NCBI RefSeq assembly: GCF_006345805.1
Contig: NC_043013.1
Coordinates: forward strand, 51,398,001 to 51,462,000
Direction of reading: 5' to 3'
From: Octopus sinensis
Lineage: Eukaryota
DNA length: 64,000 nucleotides
The translations under genes were made by a program, and so were the position numbers. Position 1 is the stretch's first letter; each line of letters begins with the position of its first letter. Below the pieces are notes generated by a model. It did no database searches. It was not told where the DNA came from and was given only the letters and a program-made list of their open reading frames with translations. Below are positions 40,578 through 55,198 of this stretch, one piece after another.

Positions 40578-43394
40578 CCTTATAACAAGGACCATACGTA
40601 TTTAGGTAATTATCTGCAGTGCCTCTGGATTCATCTATCCTTTGGACGGTTTTAATACCTCTAACTTACATCTTACATAACACACACACGCACACATACC
40701 ACATCCTTTATGCATGTGTGCATATACAATCTATCTGCATTTTGCATCGTGCTTTTATAACCCAGAAAAGCGCCGCACTCCGTATGTAGTAATAGAATGG
40801 GTATAATTAGAATACAATATTTCTAAGTAACAATCATGTTTGGACCAAATGTAGTCACTGGATGGTTTCATGCTACGACAGAAAGTATGACCGACCAGTC
40901 ATCTGATATGACGAGCAAGTAGCATTACTGACATTGCTATTCTTTGTTTTTGCTCTGATGATGACAGTATCTACATCTAATCAAACGGAATGGAACATAT
41001 ACAAGCAAACCAATTAGCTAAGCCAGAATGGAAACAGAATAAACAATGTGTTTGGTGATATTTGCGGACCGATAACTGAGACAGTGGGCCTGTGCTTTTG
41101 GTCAAATAAGTAGATCATTTACCTAATTTTCTTAACGGCCTAGTCTTCATCATCGGCCTTTTTATTGCTAATGATAGCCCTCATGCTGTTCTACAGATGA
41201 TATTTTTCTTATACGAGCGTTGTTATTGCTGTCAAACGGCACTGCTATCGCTGCTGCTGCTGCTGCTGCTGGTAGTGACAGTATTTCGGCTGACTGATTT
41301 TCTTGTTTACTGTTTTTATTTTCCTAATGAGGGTTTTTCTCTCTCTTGGGAGCCTGCATCTATTTTTGTTCACGAGTCGTGATGGGGTGTGGTTTGGCAT
41401 ATGTTGGTAACTGCATCCTCATATATCTGCCAAATATGCTTTGATATCAGAAGACGTAGGTGTGAAAAACCCGTCGGCAAGTGATAGGTCATGTTTAATT
41501 ACACCCTGATTTGGTTTGTGCAGATCCATAATGTCATACGGGTGAACTGGAATAAATGTGTTTGGTTTAACTTTCGCATGCTAAAAATTGAGGCTACAGA
41601 ATATCGCTGTCTTAGCACAGTGTTATAATTTAAGAGAATTGTCTTCAAACTGATACACAGATAAGGCCATGGTGGTTGCTAGACACCAAGTTCAAAACAT
41701 ATCCGTTTTCTCTTTCTTCTCGGTTCTACTGCAAGATGAGATGTGTTCCAACTGATGCTTTGTCTATGGTTGCGATGCAAGTTCCAAAGTATTTGTAGAT
41801 GACCAGCCTGCACAAGGAAATTCGATGTCGCTCATCATTAACGTTTCCAGAGTCGCATCGCTGAATAAGTCATCTTTTGTGTCTTCTTGGAGTCACAGTT
41901 GAGAGGCTTCAGTTAAACTGCAGAGTCTAATTAAAGACAAGTCAAGCCATTATCAATACGCTATACAAGCATCAAGTCACCGATCCATTGCAAAATAAGG
42001 TCTTTACATTTGCAATAAAACAATCACGGAGGAAAATAGCAGCCCCAGCCCCCTTTTCTTTCCCTTAAAGAAACACAATGAATTGTAGGGTATTTGCTAA
42101 CTTTCCTCAAAGTTTTTCAATTGGGAACTGTGATGGGGAATCAGATAAGGATGATTAATATGTATGGTGTGTGACAATCCAATAATTCAATGCCCATTAT
42201 ATGGAATATTTAATTTGTTGCACTCACGAGTAGGTTTGTTTTGGTCACCTTGCGGAACTGTCAAACCTAAGGTGGCCCTTTGTTTGTGTACTCCCAAGGC
42301 CTTGCATTTTGCTTTTTGTTTAGTGGCAGCATTGGTTGGAAGTGTGGAATAATTTATCTACTGATAACACAGCAGAAGTTAAAGCTAGAATGCTTTTTAT
42401 TTAATTTTCCTTTGCCAGATTTAACACAGCGAAAAGAATCCTCTTAGTGAACGGTTGATAACTGAAATAAATATTCACACTTGTGACATCACTAGCACAT
42501 ATGACCACGATTGTTGCTGAATGTCTTCTTGTTTATCGGACTGTGTGAAGAAACTGGACCAACGGTAGTACAACATTGAGGTTGTTACTGTTTCACTTGG
42601 ACAAGGTTTTTACTCACTGTGTACAGAGAATGTGGCAGTGTTCACAACCTTTGCAGATCCGTCTAGTCTAGGGGTCATCAAACTTGCTATATCATTGACT
42701 CCTTAACAAGTTTGATAATTTAACAAACCCGATTATGTAGATTACTAAAGTAAAATTAAAAAGTGTAATTAATAAACAAAATTGTTGATTTAAAAGCAAT
42801 AATTCTTCGTTCTTTTGTGTCATTACCACTTTTCATTATGAAATAGTAAACGATATTTAATGAACATGCTTAATAAAATTAATAAAGAACAATACTAGTT
42901 CCATCCTGTTATATTGATATTGTCAGAATATTTAATGTGAAATAATAATTGGTGAATATTAATATTGCATCGATATTCCTTTGGAAGTTAGTGTCAATTA
43001 TAGTAAATGCCAAACTGCGAGTCAACTGAAAATGCTTTACAGTAAATAAGCAATAAATACCATTATTGGGTGTTTATATTACAATATCGTCAGAAAAGTG
43101 TGAATTCGTCCTTAATTGGTTTACCAATGAGTCAGTTGGTTCTACCTGTTTTCTAAGTGTACGCCAACGATGTGATACCTGCAAAGGTATTTTGAATTCC
43201 AGTATTGTATTTTAGATAAAACTTTTTCAATCAAACGTCATTCATGCTCAAAATAACAGTTTGCTAATAATTCAACACCCTTAATGTTACAAATCGTTTC
43301 GGGTATTTGCCGATCGCTTGGATAGCCACAAAATCCCCTGGATGTAAATACTGACGACTTTGCAAACCCTTGACTTATAATAATGATATAAGAA

Positions 43395-43773
43395 AGGCGG
43401 CTGGCAGAATCATTAGCACGGCGGGCGAAACGCTTAACGTTATTTCGTCTGCCGTTACGTTCTGAGTTCAAATTCCGCCGAGGTTGACTTTGGCTTTCAT
43501 CCTTTCGGTATTGATAAATTAAGTGCCAGTTAATGTCTGTCCTTGTTTGTCCCTTCTGTTTTTAGCCCCTTGTGGGTAGTAAAGAAATAGGTATTTCGTC
43601 TGCCGTTATGTTCTGAGTTCAAATTCCACCAAGGTTGACTTTGCCTTTCATCCTTTCGGGGTCGATTAAATAAGTACCAGTTACGCATTGGGGTTGATAT
43701 AATCGACTTAATCCCTTTGTCTGTCCTTGTTTGTCCCCTCTATATTTAGCCCCCTGTGGGCAATAAAGAAATA
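43395..43773 (+). mobile_element. Tandem SINE-B dimer
   Basis: The second unit is head-truncated at gtatttcgtctg. Confidence 0.88.
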
Positions 43774-45380
43774 TATATTGCTGTAAAAGAATTTCTTATT
43801 GAACGTTTTTTAGTCAACAACTATCAGGACAAACATGAGCAGAGCTTACATTCTAGGGGATCAACACTCTTGGGACAAAGGGGTGGTTGTACTGACCCAT
43901 GCAAGGTCAAAGGAGGTTGTACTATTACAATAATGAGTGCCAAGGTTAATTTTGTTGTGGTTGAGGTTAAGTAGTAAAGTTATAACTTGTGAACGTTTAG
44001 GTATTGGTTCGAGATGTTAAACTATAATTTTCACAGGGTACAACCTTAAAGTTGACACCGATCCGCAGAAAATTTCTGTCTCGCTATTGGCTAAAAATAG
44101 AGAGATTTTCTGATCTTTAATTCTCTGTAACTTTTTCCTCCAATTTCTTTTCCTCCACAACATCCTACCTTCATAGCAATGAGACTGGAAGTCTACATTA
44201 TTATAGCTGATTTTCAGATTTTTTATTTCCTTTCAAAAAATGCGTATTTTGCGAATGCAAAAAAAAAAAAAAGCTAGACCCCAGCGTTGTCTTAGAAATG
44301 GGTTGCTTTAGGGTTGGAAACGATGTCACCCTTTATGCACTAAGTAGGTTTTACTTGAGTTGGGATATTAGAGAACATATTGCGGGATTGAGATGGTGGG
44401 GGAGAGACAGAGACAGAGAAAAATGCGGTGGTAGTAGTAGTAGTAGTAGTAGTAAATGCTGATGATGCTGGTGCGTGCATTGATTCGTTTGTCATAGTGA
44501 TGGATGTGTTGATTCGAGCGACGAGTGAAAGTGACGCAGCCGTAAGGAAGATGGATGGGGTCAATGGGTACAGTCGGGAAGTCACTGAGGTCACTGCTAA
44601 ATACAGGCTTGGCTTTGCTTCTGCTGCTGCTGTCAATGCTGTTGTTGCTGCTGCTGCTGCTGCTGTTGCTGTACTTCTGCAGAAGGTTCTTTTCGCCACA
44701 TGTTCTACTTTAAGGAGTTGAAAGTTTTTTTTTCAAGTTTTTTTTTTACTTTATTCTCAATATGATTCGTTCATTGGTTATTGAACCGTGTGAGAGATTT
44801 GATAGAAGTGTTACTGAAACATAAAACCTATGTGCACCCCACCCGGTTAGTACCCCACGTCGGCTCTGAGATGTCCCAATCAGTCATTTACCAAATTATC
44901 AATCTTATTCTCACTCCGGTCATGTTTGCATACACTTTCAAATTTTGACACAAGGCCAGCAATTGTAGTGAGTAGGATGGGGTTAATTGATTACATCAAG
45001 CCCAGTACTTGACAAGTACTTTATTTTACTGATCTCAGATGGATGAAATGCAGAGATAACCCCGTCGGCATTTGAACTCAGAACGTAAAGAGCCGAAAAC
45101 GTTTTGTCCGAAACGCTAACGCTGCATTGGTTCTGTATGATAACCTTTCCCCTACATGCTCAAGGACTGAAATTTGGTCTGGAAGGGGTATCAATTACAT
45201 CGACCTCAGTGCTAGAATGATACTTATTTCGTTCAAGCCGAAAGAATGAAAAGCAAAGTTGACCCTGCCGCACTTGAAACCACAATGTAATGAATCAGAA
45301 GAAATTCCACTGAACCTTTCGTCCGACGCGCTAACGATTATGCCATCTCGCCGGATTAGCAATGTTTAAAATGGATGAAA

Positions 45381-46272
45381 GCGGCGAGCTGCCAGAACCG
45401 TTAGCACGCCGAGCGAAATGCTTAGCGGTATTTCGTCTGTCCTTATGTTGTGAGTTCAAATTCCACCGAGGTCGACTTTGCCTTTCATCCTTTCGGGGAC
45501 AATAAATTAAGTACCAGTTACGCACTGGGGTCGACGTAATCGACTTAATCCGTTTGTCTGTCTTTGTTTGTCCCCTCTGTGTTTAGCCCCTTGTGGGTAG
45601 TAAAGAAATAGGTATTTCGTCTGCCGCTACGTTCTGAGTTCAAATTCCGCCGAGGTCGACTTTGCCTTTCATCCTTTCGGGGTCGATAAATTAAGTACCA
45701 GTTACGCACTGGGGTCGATGTAATCGACTTAATCCGTTTGTCTGTCCTTGTTTGTCCCCTCTGTGTTTAGCCCCTTGTGGGTTACTACCCCTCTGTGTTT
45801 TGCCCCTTGTGGGTATTAAAGAAATAGGTATTTCGTTTGCCGCTACGTTCTGAGTTAAAATTCCGCCGAGGTCGACTTTGCCTTTCATCCTTTCGGGGTC
45901 GATTAAATAGGTACCAGTTACGCACTGGCTTCGATATAATCGACTTAACCCGTTTGTCTGTACTTGTCTGTAGCCCCTTGTGAGCTGTAAATAAATATAA
46001 AAACTGGGCGAAATGCTTAGTGGTATCTCGTTTGTCTTTATGGTCAAGGCGGTGAGCTGGCAGAATCGTTAGCATGCCAGGCGAAATGTTTAGCGATATT
46101 TCGTCTGCCGTTCCGTTCTGAGTTCGAATTTGTCAACTTTGCCTTTCATCCTTTCGAGGTCGATTAAATAAGTACTAGTTACGCACTGGGATCGAAGTAA
46201 TCGACTTAATCTCTTTGTCTTTCCTTGTGTGTCCCCTCTATGTTTGGCACCCTATGGGCACTAGAGAAATAA
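45381..46272 (+). mobile_element. Tandem array of about four SINE-B units
   Basis: Repeated cores gcctttcatcctttcggggtcga with gaaataggtatttcg junctions. Confidence 0.9.
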
Positions 46273-46595
46273 ATGTTTAAAATGGATTAAAGATTTCTCT
46301 GTTATGATGAGGAAATTTATAAGAATTATTCGTGAAATGACTTTTTCCAGTCCATTTCTTTTCGTTTCCATTAATTTTTGCGGGGACGTTTGGATTTTTT
46401 TTTCTCTTTTTGCTGCAAAATAAACGTGGGTAGTTTACTTTGAAGATCTTTAGAACAAACACAAACCACTCACCGATTGTTCTTCAAAATCAACTTAAAA
46501 TACTGTTTTTTAATATGGCGGAATAAAAAAACAGAACATTTGTTTGTGGTTTATTTCTTTTTGAAGTTTGTGCAAGTTCGACACTCTACACTCTT

Positions 46596-46659
<64 letters not shown>

Positions 46660-47830
46660 GTATGTATGTGTGTGCAGAAACAATATTAGTTTGCGTTTCA
46701 TTAAAATATTTTGTAATTAAAATATTGCGTACTTTCAAACAACGTTCGGCTTCCATGTTTTCAAACAGAAATTACTTGCAAATTATTCAGAAATGAAATG
46801 AATCCCCGCGGTTTGTAATGTTGACTTGCAGAGCTACAGTAAAAACACACGTGTCTTTTTCTGTTTCTGGCTGCCTGTCTATATACACCTCTCTCTTACC
46901 TCTCCTCTCACACTTCTCTCTCTCTCTTTCTCACACGCACACACACTTTCTGTAAGATATATAGTTGATATATTTAATATTTTAATTGAAACACTAATGG
47001 AATTAATCTGTCTGACATTGTAATCTGGTGAATAAACAGTATAGTTTTTAAATTCAAATATGTCTAAAGAGTTAGCTGCAGTCGTATTTAACTTGCTCGT
47101 GTGCATTTGGACACGGAGACGCAATACATTGCTCAAATTGTCTTGAGAGGAGAAATTTCGCTTATACTCAATAGGTGTAAACTTATATTGCCTTTTATGA
47201 GAATTTTCTCTCTCGCGATAATACGAATTCCTCTAATAGACAATAAGTGTACAATTTTAATTTTCTATTAGGAGAATTATCTCTGGGGAGAGAACAAAAA
47301 TCTGCATATTGCTTTTCCATGTCCGAATGCATGGGAACAAGTTAAATATCCTTCCTGCAATAGGCGCAAGGCCTGAAATTTGTTGGGAGGTGGTTTGTCA
47401 ATAACATCGACTCCAGTGCTTGACAAGTATTTATTTTATCGACTTCGAAAAAATAAAAAGCAAAGTCGACCTCGGTGGAATTCGAACTCTGTACGTCAAG
47501 ACAGAGGAAATGACGCTAAGCATTTTTCCCCGGCGTGCTAACAATCCTGCCAGCTCACCACTCTGCGAAGATGCTAAATATGACTATACAGAACTATATT
47601 CTATTCAACGCTGATTTGAGTGCCTCTAATTAATTTCTATCTAACTGCATTCAATGGGAGATGACAAACTTGAGACACAAAACGATTCAACATGATTATC
47701 ATTTGTTTACCCACGGCATTGTAATTAATTTTTCCATCCGCATATTAACGACACTGTTTTTACGAAACAGTTAAGGGGTCTACATTATTTACATTCGACG
47801 AATATTTCTCCTCATCTTGTTTGTTGTTAA

Positions 47831-47870
47831 CACAACGTTTCGGCTGATATATCCTACAGTCTTCTTGGGG
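47831..47870 (-). ncRNA. Degenerate HHR-like remnant
   Basis: Minus strand cccaagaagactg-taggatatat-cagcc-GAAA-cg-TT: stem II and GAAACGTT are present but the CUGA core is mutated. Confidence 0.4.
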
Positions 47871-47964
47871 ATATTTCGAATCTGGGTTCTCATTCACAAG
47901 GTATTTTTAGATCTTCTTCTTCTTCTTATTATTATTATTATTATTGTTGTTGTTGTTGTTAGTG

Positions 47965-48040
47965 TTCAGGTCACTGCTTGGAATCGAACTCGGAATCTTG
48001 TGGTTAATAGCCCGCGCTCTTAACCACTACGCTATATGCC
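47965..48040 (-). mobile_element. Short tRNA-like SINE head
   Basis: tagcgtagtgg A-box and gttcgattcc B-box, poly(AAC/AAT) tail, no acceptor stem. Confidence 0.7.
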
Positions 48041-48609
48041 CGAGGGCATATGTTAAAGGGTCTTTACAAAGTCGTTCGGTCTCCTAGAAATAACAACAAA
48101 TTCAATATCAAGTCACGGGATAACGTACTTGAAAAATGACATGCTAAATAATGGATTCTGGAATACACATCTGTAAACCGAAATATGAGACGTGATGGCC
48201 GGGACGTTTTTGATCTTCGATCTTTTGTTCGGAAAATGACATGGAGTTGAACAACGATAACAGGGACGAACACTAGTTTTGCTAGGTTCGTTTGTTTTAT
48301 TTATTAAAGTAGTGTGCATCTATGGAAAATCCACTGGCGAAAAATTGTCTGTTAAATAGTTATTTGCTTGCGATAAACTGTAAACGGTTATACATGGTCC
48401 TATTTATCATTGAATAACTAACAGAACCGACGATTTCTATCTCTCTCTCTCTCTCCCTCTCTCCCTCTTTGTTTCCGTTTCCGTCTGTCTGTCTCTCCCT
48501 CTCTCTCTCTCTCTATCTCTATCTCTGTATATATATATGCGTGTGTGTGTATGTGTGTGTGTATATATCCGGCAATCTTCATGCCTGTCAAATTGAGACT
48601 ATTCTTGTG

Positions 48610-48661
<52 letters not shown>

Positions 48662-48689
48662 TATACATATGTATATGTATGTGTATGTA

Positions 48690-48960
48690 TGTTTTATCGT
48701 TATAATAAAACATTTTTCTCATTTAATAAATCACTAATTGCACCAAATCATTTTCTCTGTGCGTGTCTAACTATTTATAGATATCTATCACCCAATCAAT
48801 CTATCAGTCTATCTATATATCTATATCTATGCCTCATTATGTTTATATATATATATATATATATATGTAGATACCCATAGATAGAGACGCACAGAGAAAA
48901 CGATATGGTGCAATTAGTGATTTATTAAATGATAAAAATGCTTTAATATAACGAGAATAC
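48690..48960. repeat. Imperfect inverted repeat, ~90-bp arms
   Basis: catttaataaatcactaattgcaccaaatcattttctctgtgcgt pairs with acgcacagagaaaacgatatggtgcaattagtgatttattaaatg; the loop contains (TA)n. Confidence 0.85.
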
Positions 48961-49007
48961 ATACACACACACACACGTATCCATATGTCTATGCATATAT
49001 ACATATC

Positions 49008-49112
<105 letters not shown>

Positions 49113-49441
49113 TTAGCAAACTAAACTACTTTTCTGTGCTTTAACGAAATTCAAGTTCATAGTGTTTGTATCAATGCAGGTAATCACTTTTGGTCTATAT
49201 GGCTGGAGACGATCAAACAGAACCAGTGGCAAGAAGAAGAACAAATACTACCAGTAACATAAGTAAACAACCAGCCAGGGAAAGGGAGAACTAGATTGTT
49301 CATTGTGATTGGCATAATGCTTTGTTTGTTGTGAAACACTTTCAAACTAAATGCAATAAAACGATCTCTTTAAAATTATAGAGTACTTTACTAAATGTTA
49401 CCCTACACACATGCACGCACACACATACGCACAAATACCTA

Positions 49442-49484
<43 letters not shown>

Positions 49485-49593
49485 CAAGGGGACAAGAAAT
49501 TATGTATTAGACCTCGTTACCTTACAGCTGTTTCTGTTTTACGATGCAATGCATTCATAGATGAGTGATGATGTATCGCCTTATATTTCATTG

Positions 49594-49624
<31 letters not shown>

Positions 49625-49864
49625 TGTATGTATGTGTTTTCATGTCTGGGTTAACTTTATATACCGCACGCTCACACGTACCCCAGCCTTCTGACTGCCT
49701 TGGCTAACCTACGGATTACTTTTACTATTCATCCGGAGTACGCCACTGTAATCGTGATTGGAATTCAAAAAATTTGTCCGTGACTCTTCCACTATTCTTC
49801 GTCCTCTTTTTACCTTTCTTCTCCTTCTTTCACTTTTCTACTTGTGTCGCTTTCCTTTTCCTCT

Positions 49865-49899
49865 GTTTGTGACGAAGAGCTCCACTCGAAACGTTAAAC
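49865..49899 (+). ncRNA. Minimal HHR-like motif with a C3G core change
   Basis: gttt-GTGACGA-a-gag-ctcca-ctc-GAAA-cg-TT-aaac; stems I and II pair. Confidence 0.55.
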
Positions 49900-50010
49900 C
49901 CTCCTTCTTTCCTTCTTTCCTGAGCGTCCAATAATACTATATTTGTTCCACGTCGTCGCGTTGTTGTGTTTTCTCTTTGTGTTTTCATGTTTGGATTAAC
50001 TATATATTTT

Positions 50011-50413
50011 TTTTCTTTTTCTTTTACTTGTTTCAGTCATTTGACTGCGGCCATGCTGGAGCACCGCCTTTAGTCGAGCAAATCGACCCCGGGACTTATT
50101 CTTTGTAAGCCCAGTACTTATTCTATCGGTCTCTTTTGCCGAACCGCTAAGTGACGGGGACGTAAACACACCAGCATCGGTTGTCAAGCAATGCTAGGGG
50201 AACAAACACAGACACACAAACACACACACACATACATATATATACATATATACGACAGGCTTCTTTCAGTTTCCGTCTACCACAAATCCACTCACAAGGC
50301 ATTGGTCGCCCGGGGCTATAGCAGAAGACACTTGCCCAAGATGCCACGCAGTGGGACTGAACCCGCAACCATGTGGTTGGTTAGCGAGCTACTTACACAC
50401 AGCCACTCCTGCG

Positions 50414-50416
<3 letters not shown>
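50011..50416 (-). mobile_element. SINE family A
   Basis: Reverse-complement full copy. Confidence 0.9.
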
Positions 50417-50455
<39 letters not shown>

Positions 50456-51418
50456 TATATGGGTGTATAATATTTATATATATGCTTATATATAAGCACA
50501 CACACACATATATATATACACACATACATTACACAGATTTATGTATATATGTAAATGTATATATATATATATATACATATATATGCATATATATAAATAC
50601 ATTTATACGTGTGTGTGCATACACACACACACACACACACACAGAAATATAAGCATTTGTATTTGGGTATGTGTGTGTGTGTGCGTGCGTGCACATGTGA
50701 GTGTGGGTGGGTGTCAATGCAAGACGGATGAAGTAAATGTGATCAGATATGACGTGCAGTTAAACAACGATGTCAGAAACGACAAAAGAACCATATACCT
50801 GGAACAACTCACTGTATTTTACATGAATTTACTATTATTTCGCTTAAATTATCAATAAGTAGACACCAAGTATTTATTGGGTCTCCCTCTTTTCAGTATG
50901 TTTGAACATAAGGAGGGTGTTAGCAGAATCACTATCCTGATATACCTACACGTTCAAAGTCTTTTGCCAACGGCCCTTCAGCAACAACACACCCTGATAA
51001 ATTCAGTGACTACTGCTGAATTCAGGCCACGACAGAGGCGATGTTCCTGAAGCCGAGGATTTTGAACTTACAGAGAAAATATTTACATATGGTCTGGAAA
51101 AATAGAACTAGATCGCATAATGCAGGGAAACAGTTGCATAATTAATTACCTGCTCGCCAGGAGAAAGAACTATGTTGTGTGGAAACAATTGTAGTGATTA
51201 AAAAAATAAATGTCCAACCGTACTCCTCATTGATTCCAATTTTTTCAATTATATATATATATAGATATCTGTGTGTGTGTGGGTGTGTGTGTGTGTCTGC
51301 CTATGTATGTATGTATGTATGTATGTATTTATGTATACTTGCCGCCAGGAGAACTAGTTGCATGGACACAATTGTAGTGATTAAAAAAAACAAATGTCCA
51401 ACCGTACTCTTTCAATTA

Positions 51419-51486
<68 letters not shown>

Positions 51487-52247
51487 GCGTGTGTGTGTGT
51501 CCGACCGCGCGCGTATGTATGTATATATGTATGTAATAATACGGAGGCAATAATTCCACCAGATATTATAATTCCTTACATGCAATAAAGCTATTCCAAC
51601 GCAAAGAATTATTAAAGAATTCTTAAAGCTCATCCAAGCTTTCAGTGTTTTTCGTTTCCTTCCCATATGAGCGAAATATTTAAAGTGTCAAGAACTATTA
51701 ACAATAGGATTAAAGGATTAAATTGTCAATCCAATTTAACTTTTATTGCTGGGTCTATATATTCCGGTTAGAACAGAAGTACTCCATAGTATTTCAACTT
51801 ATTTTCGTTATTAGATCCAGGATCGAGTTTTGGCTACAAGCTATGATTGATGGCCAATCTCTGTTACATGCCATTCCATATGAAATACTATATATATGGG
51901 GCTCACAGCTATTGCACTTCTGAAGGTTTGCAATATCAATCACCATTTACATACCCTTAATTACACACACACATACATGTATGTATGTATGTATGTATGT
52001 ATGTATGTATGTATGTATGTATGTATGTATGTATGTATGTATGTATGTATGTATGTATGTATGTATGCATGTATATATTCATATATATATATATATATAT
52101 GTCTATATGTATATACAAAGGTATTGGTATATATGTATATATATATATTCATATATATATATATATATAGATGACTACCAACCGTATAACAAGTTACATG
52201 ACAAACTACATTCACACACACATATATACGCGATAGATCGCTAGCCA

Positions 52248-52412
52248 CTACACATTCTTTATCTTCTCTCCTTGTTTCTGTGTTCCTTTCTATGGAAGAG
52301 CGTAGACTCGAAACGTTAAATACTTTTTCCCTTCCGAGCCTTATACCAATACATCTGTTTGTTGTCTACACAACCTGTCTTCATCTTTTGTTTTTGTGAA
52401 TTCTCACTATAA
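52248..52412 (+). mobile_element. Second copy of the short HHR-like element (motif 52286-52321)
   Basis: cttt-CTATGGA-a-gagc-gtag-actc-GAAA-cg-TT-aaa; colinear with 27013-27165. Confidence 0.6.
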
Positions 52413-52416
52413 ACGA

Positions 52417-52475
<59 letters not shown>

Positions 52476-52913
52476 CATAGATAGATAGACAGAGAGGGAG
52501 AGAGAGAGAGAGAAAGAGAGAGAGATATACATACATTCATACAGACTGACAGACAGACAGATAGACAAACAGATAGCTGTTTCGAAATCTGGAGCTTTTA
52601 TAAATAGATTAAAAATTCACACGTTTCTATAATAATCGGCGCACTTGGTTTGTGAGCGAGGGTTTTCAGGAAAGAAATCAACCAACTGACTCACACATTA
52701 CAACTAAAATCTGTAAGGGGAACAATGAGAATATGCAAAACGTTTCCCGAGTTTAAAATATGACATTATTTTCGTTATCTACATTGCAAAGATGGATGTT
52801 TGTATCTTTGTTAGATATTAGCTCCTTCCTCAGAGGAAGAATTTGAATTATTAAAAAGATAAGAGGACATACCTTAATACCTACAACCATACATACATAC
52901 ATACATACATACA

Positions 52914-52947
<34 letters not shown>

Positions 52948-53029
52948 CATACACACACACATACACACATACATACATACATACATACATACATACATAC
53001 ATACATACATACATACATACACTACATAG

Positions 53030-53334
53030 CACCGTGATCACCGTGACCGACCAGGCTATGAGATGTTGCTACACATCGCTGGTCACAATGCGCTTCGCAT
53101 TGCTTTAGCCTTCAAATGACGCCACCCCACTGGCTAAGCGAGCAGGCCAACAGAAGAAGGAGTGAGAGAAAGTTGTGGCGAAAGAGTACAGCAGGGATCG
53201 CCACCACCCCCGGCCGGAGCCTCGTGGAGCTTTTAGGTGCTTTCGCTCAATAAACACTCACAACGCCAGGTCTGGGAATCGAAACGAAACCGTGATCCTA
53301 TGACCGCGAGTTCGCTGCCCTAACCCAGTGGCCA
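53030..53334 (-). mobile_element. tRNA-derived SINE (family C-related)
   Basis: Reverse complement shares its head with 1685/17667 and its 3' part with 63557-63740. Confidence 0.8.
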
Positions 53335-53369
53335 CAACTTTCCCAGATCGCCCATTGCACCTCCACACA

Positions 53370-53405
<36 letters not shown>

Positions 53406-53457
53406 ACATATATATATATACACAAACACACAGATACACCTATATACATGTGTATGA

Positions 53458-53750
53458 AAGCGCATGGCTCAGTGGTTAAGGCGTTGCACTCACAACGGCG
53501 AGGTTCGATTCCCAGACCGGGTGCTGCGTGGTGTTCTTGAGAAAAGCACTTCATTTCACGTTGCTCTGCGACCACTTTTGCATCTGACACGTGGCACCCC
53601 GTTGCACCTGTACAGGTAATGTCGATTTGATGGAAGGAGTGAGCCTACGGAAACACAAACCATCTGTGTGGTTGTTCGGTAAGGAATTGTTGAACCCTCA
53701 AGGGTCGTCTAACGACGGGGAGACCGTCATACATGTGTGTGTGTTGTGTG
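53458..53750 (+). mobile_element. tRNA-derived SINE
   Basis: gcgcatggctcagtggttaagg...ggttcgattcccagacc head. Confidence 0.75.
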
Positions 53751-54178
53751 TGTGTGTGTTTATGTATATGTATGAGGAGTGTGAGTGAAAGTTCTGAGAG
53801 TTCGATCTCAGACATGATTGAGCAGAAATATACCGGGACAAATAGCTTGTATTATTGTAAGATGATAGTACAAGACAAAAGTTTCCACTCGTTCTCTTTT
53901 ATTTCTTTTAAGTAACATTCTTTATAAATAACACTTTTTTTTTCTCTCATAATCTTCCTTAAATTAATGCCGAGAAATAATTAGGTATCAAAAGTGTTAT
54001 TTTTCGTTATTGACTTTTCCTGTTCGTCGAAATCAATGAACCTCTGAAATTTGAACTCGTAAATTTGAAGCACCAAAACCTTCGTTTCGTAATGCATATA
54101 TTTAGTTTGTTTAGTTCATTATTAACTGCACCGAATGCTACCATGACATTCCATATAAATATAATGCATATTCCATCA

Positions 54179-54239
<61 letters not shown>

Positions 54240-54248
54240 TATACATAC

Positions 54249-54342
<94 letters not shown>

Positions 54343-55107
54343 CATATATATATACATATATGTATATATATATATATATCTATATATATATATATATATA
54401 GATATACATATATATATGTATGTATATACTAACCTACTAAGAAAACACAAGCTATAACTGCCCTATTTTTTCATATATTAGTTTGACTCATTATTTCTTT
54501 TTTCATTTTGCTTTTATGTAAATTATTTTCTCTTCATATTCTTATCTAACTAAAAGCGACTCTCTATGCATCATGGCCTCGAAACATTCAGTTCTAGTCC
54601 AAACCTCCTCTCTCTCTCACTCTTTCCCTCTCTCTTTCTCTGTCTCTTTCTCTCTTTCTTACATTGTCTCTCTATACAGTGTCACAGTGAACCATAGTTT
54701 GCTCTCTCCCACATATGTCGGATATCTATTTCATATGTAAATCTATACTGTCTGTAAAATGTGTTAATTGAGAAGATATGTTACCCACACTAATTAAATC
54801 AAACATGGACACCAACTCAACAAAGAGAAAATAAGACAAGTTAAAATTTGAAAAAAATTAAAAAAACAGAAACAAATAGCGTAAGTGTAAATAGGAAATA
54901 TATATATCAACTGGTATTATAGTTAAGTGTGAGCCACAGAGACCTAGCTTTAGATGTAATTATATTTATGCATTTTTTCGTATTTGTTTGTTCATTCTAT
55001 ACGTGCAAGTAATACTGATTTTTCTTGGGTTTGGTCAGTTACTATTGTGTGGCAGCCATTTTGTTCTAGCGGCGAAAAATTCCCTAGAGAAGAAAAAATG
55101 TGGCTGG

Positions 55108-55198
55108 TATTTCTAGCATGCTCTGCTACAACGTAACAGCTATTTCGGGTCCTTTGTCGCAAATAGCTGTTACGTTGTAGCAGAGCGTGCTAGAAATA
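55108..55198. repeat. Hairpin, 38-bp arms, 15-nt loop
   Basis: tatttctagcatgctctgctacaacgtaacagctattt / aaatagctgttacgttgtagcagagcgtgctagaaata (1 mismatch). Confidence 0.9.

Noticed and set aside
41790-41930. In-frame TGA (LCSLTEASQL*LQEDTKDD...) on the minus strand as readthrough or selenocysteine
   Set aside because: No evidence the frame is coding, no recognisable SECIS, and an alternative acceptor downstream of the TGA is possible.
44340-44699. 119-aa Ala/Thr-rich ORF
   Set aside because: All three minus frames are partly open because of CAG/TAC repeats, and no homology was recognised; kept only as part of a low-interest finding.
47965-48040. Possible tRNA gene
   Set aside because: A/B boxes are present but there is no acceptor stem and it has a simple-repeat tail; treated as a SINE head. 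The same applies to the heads at 1685, 17667 and 53458.
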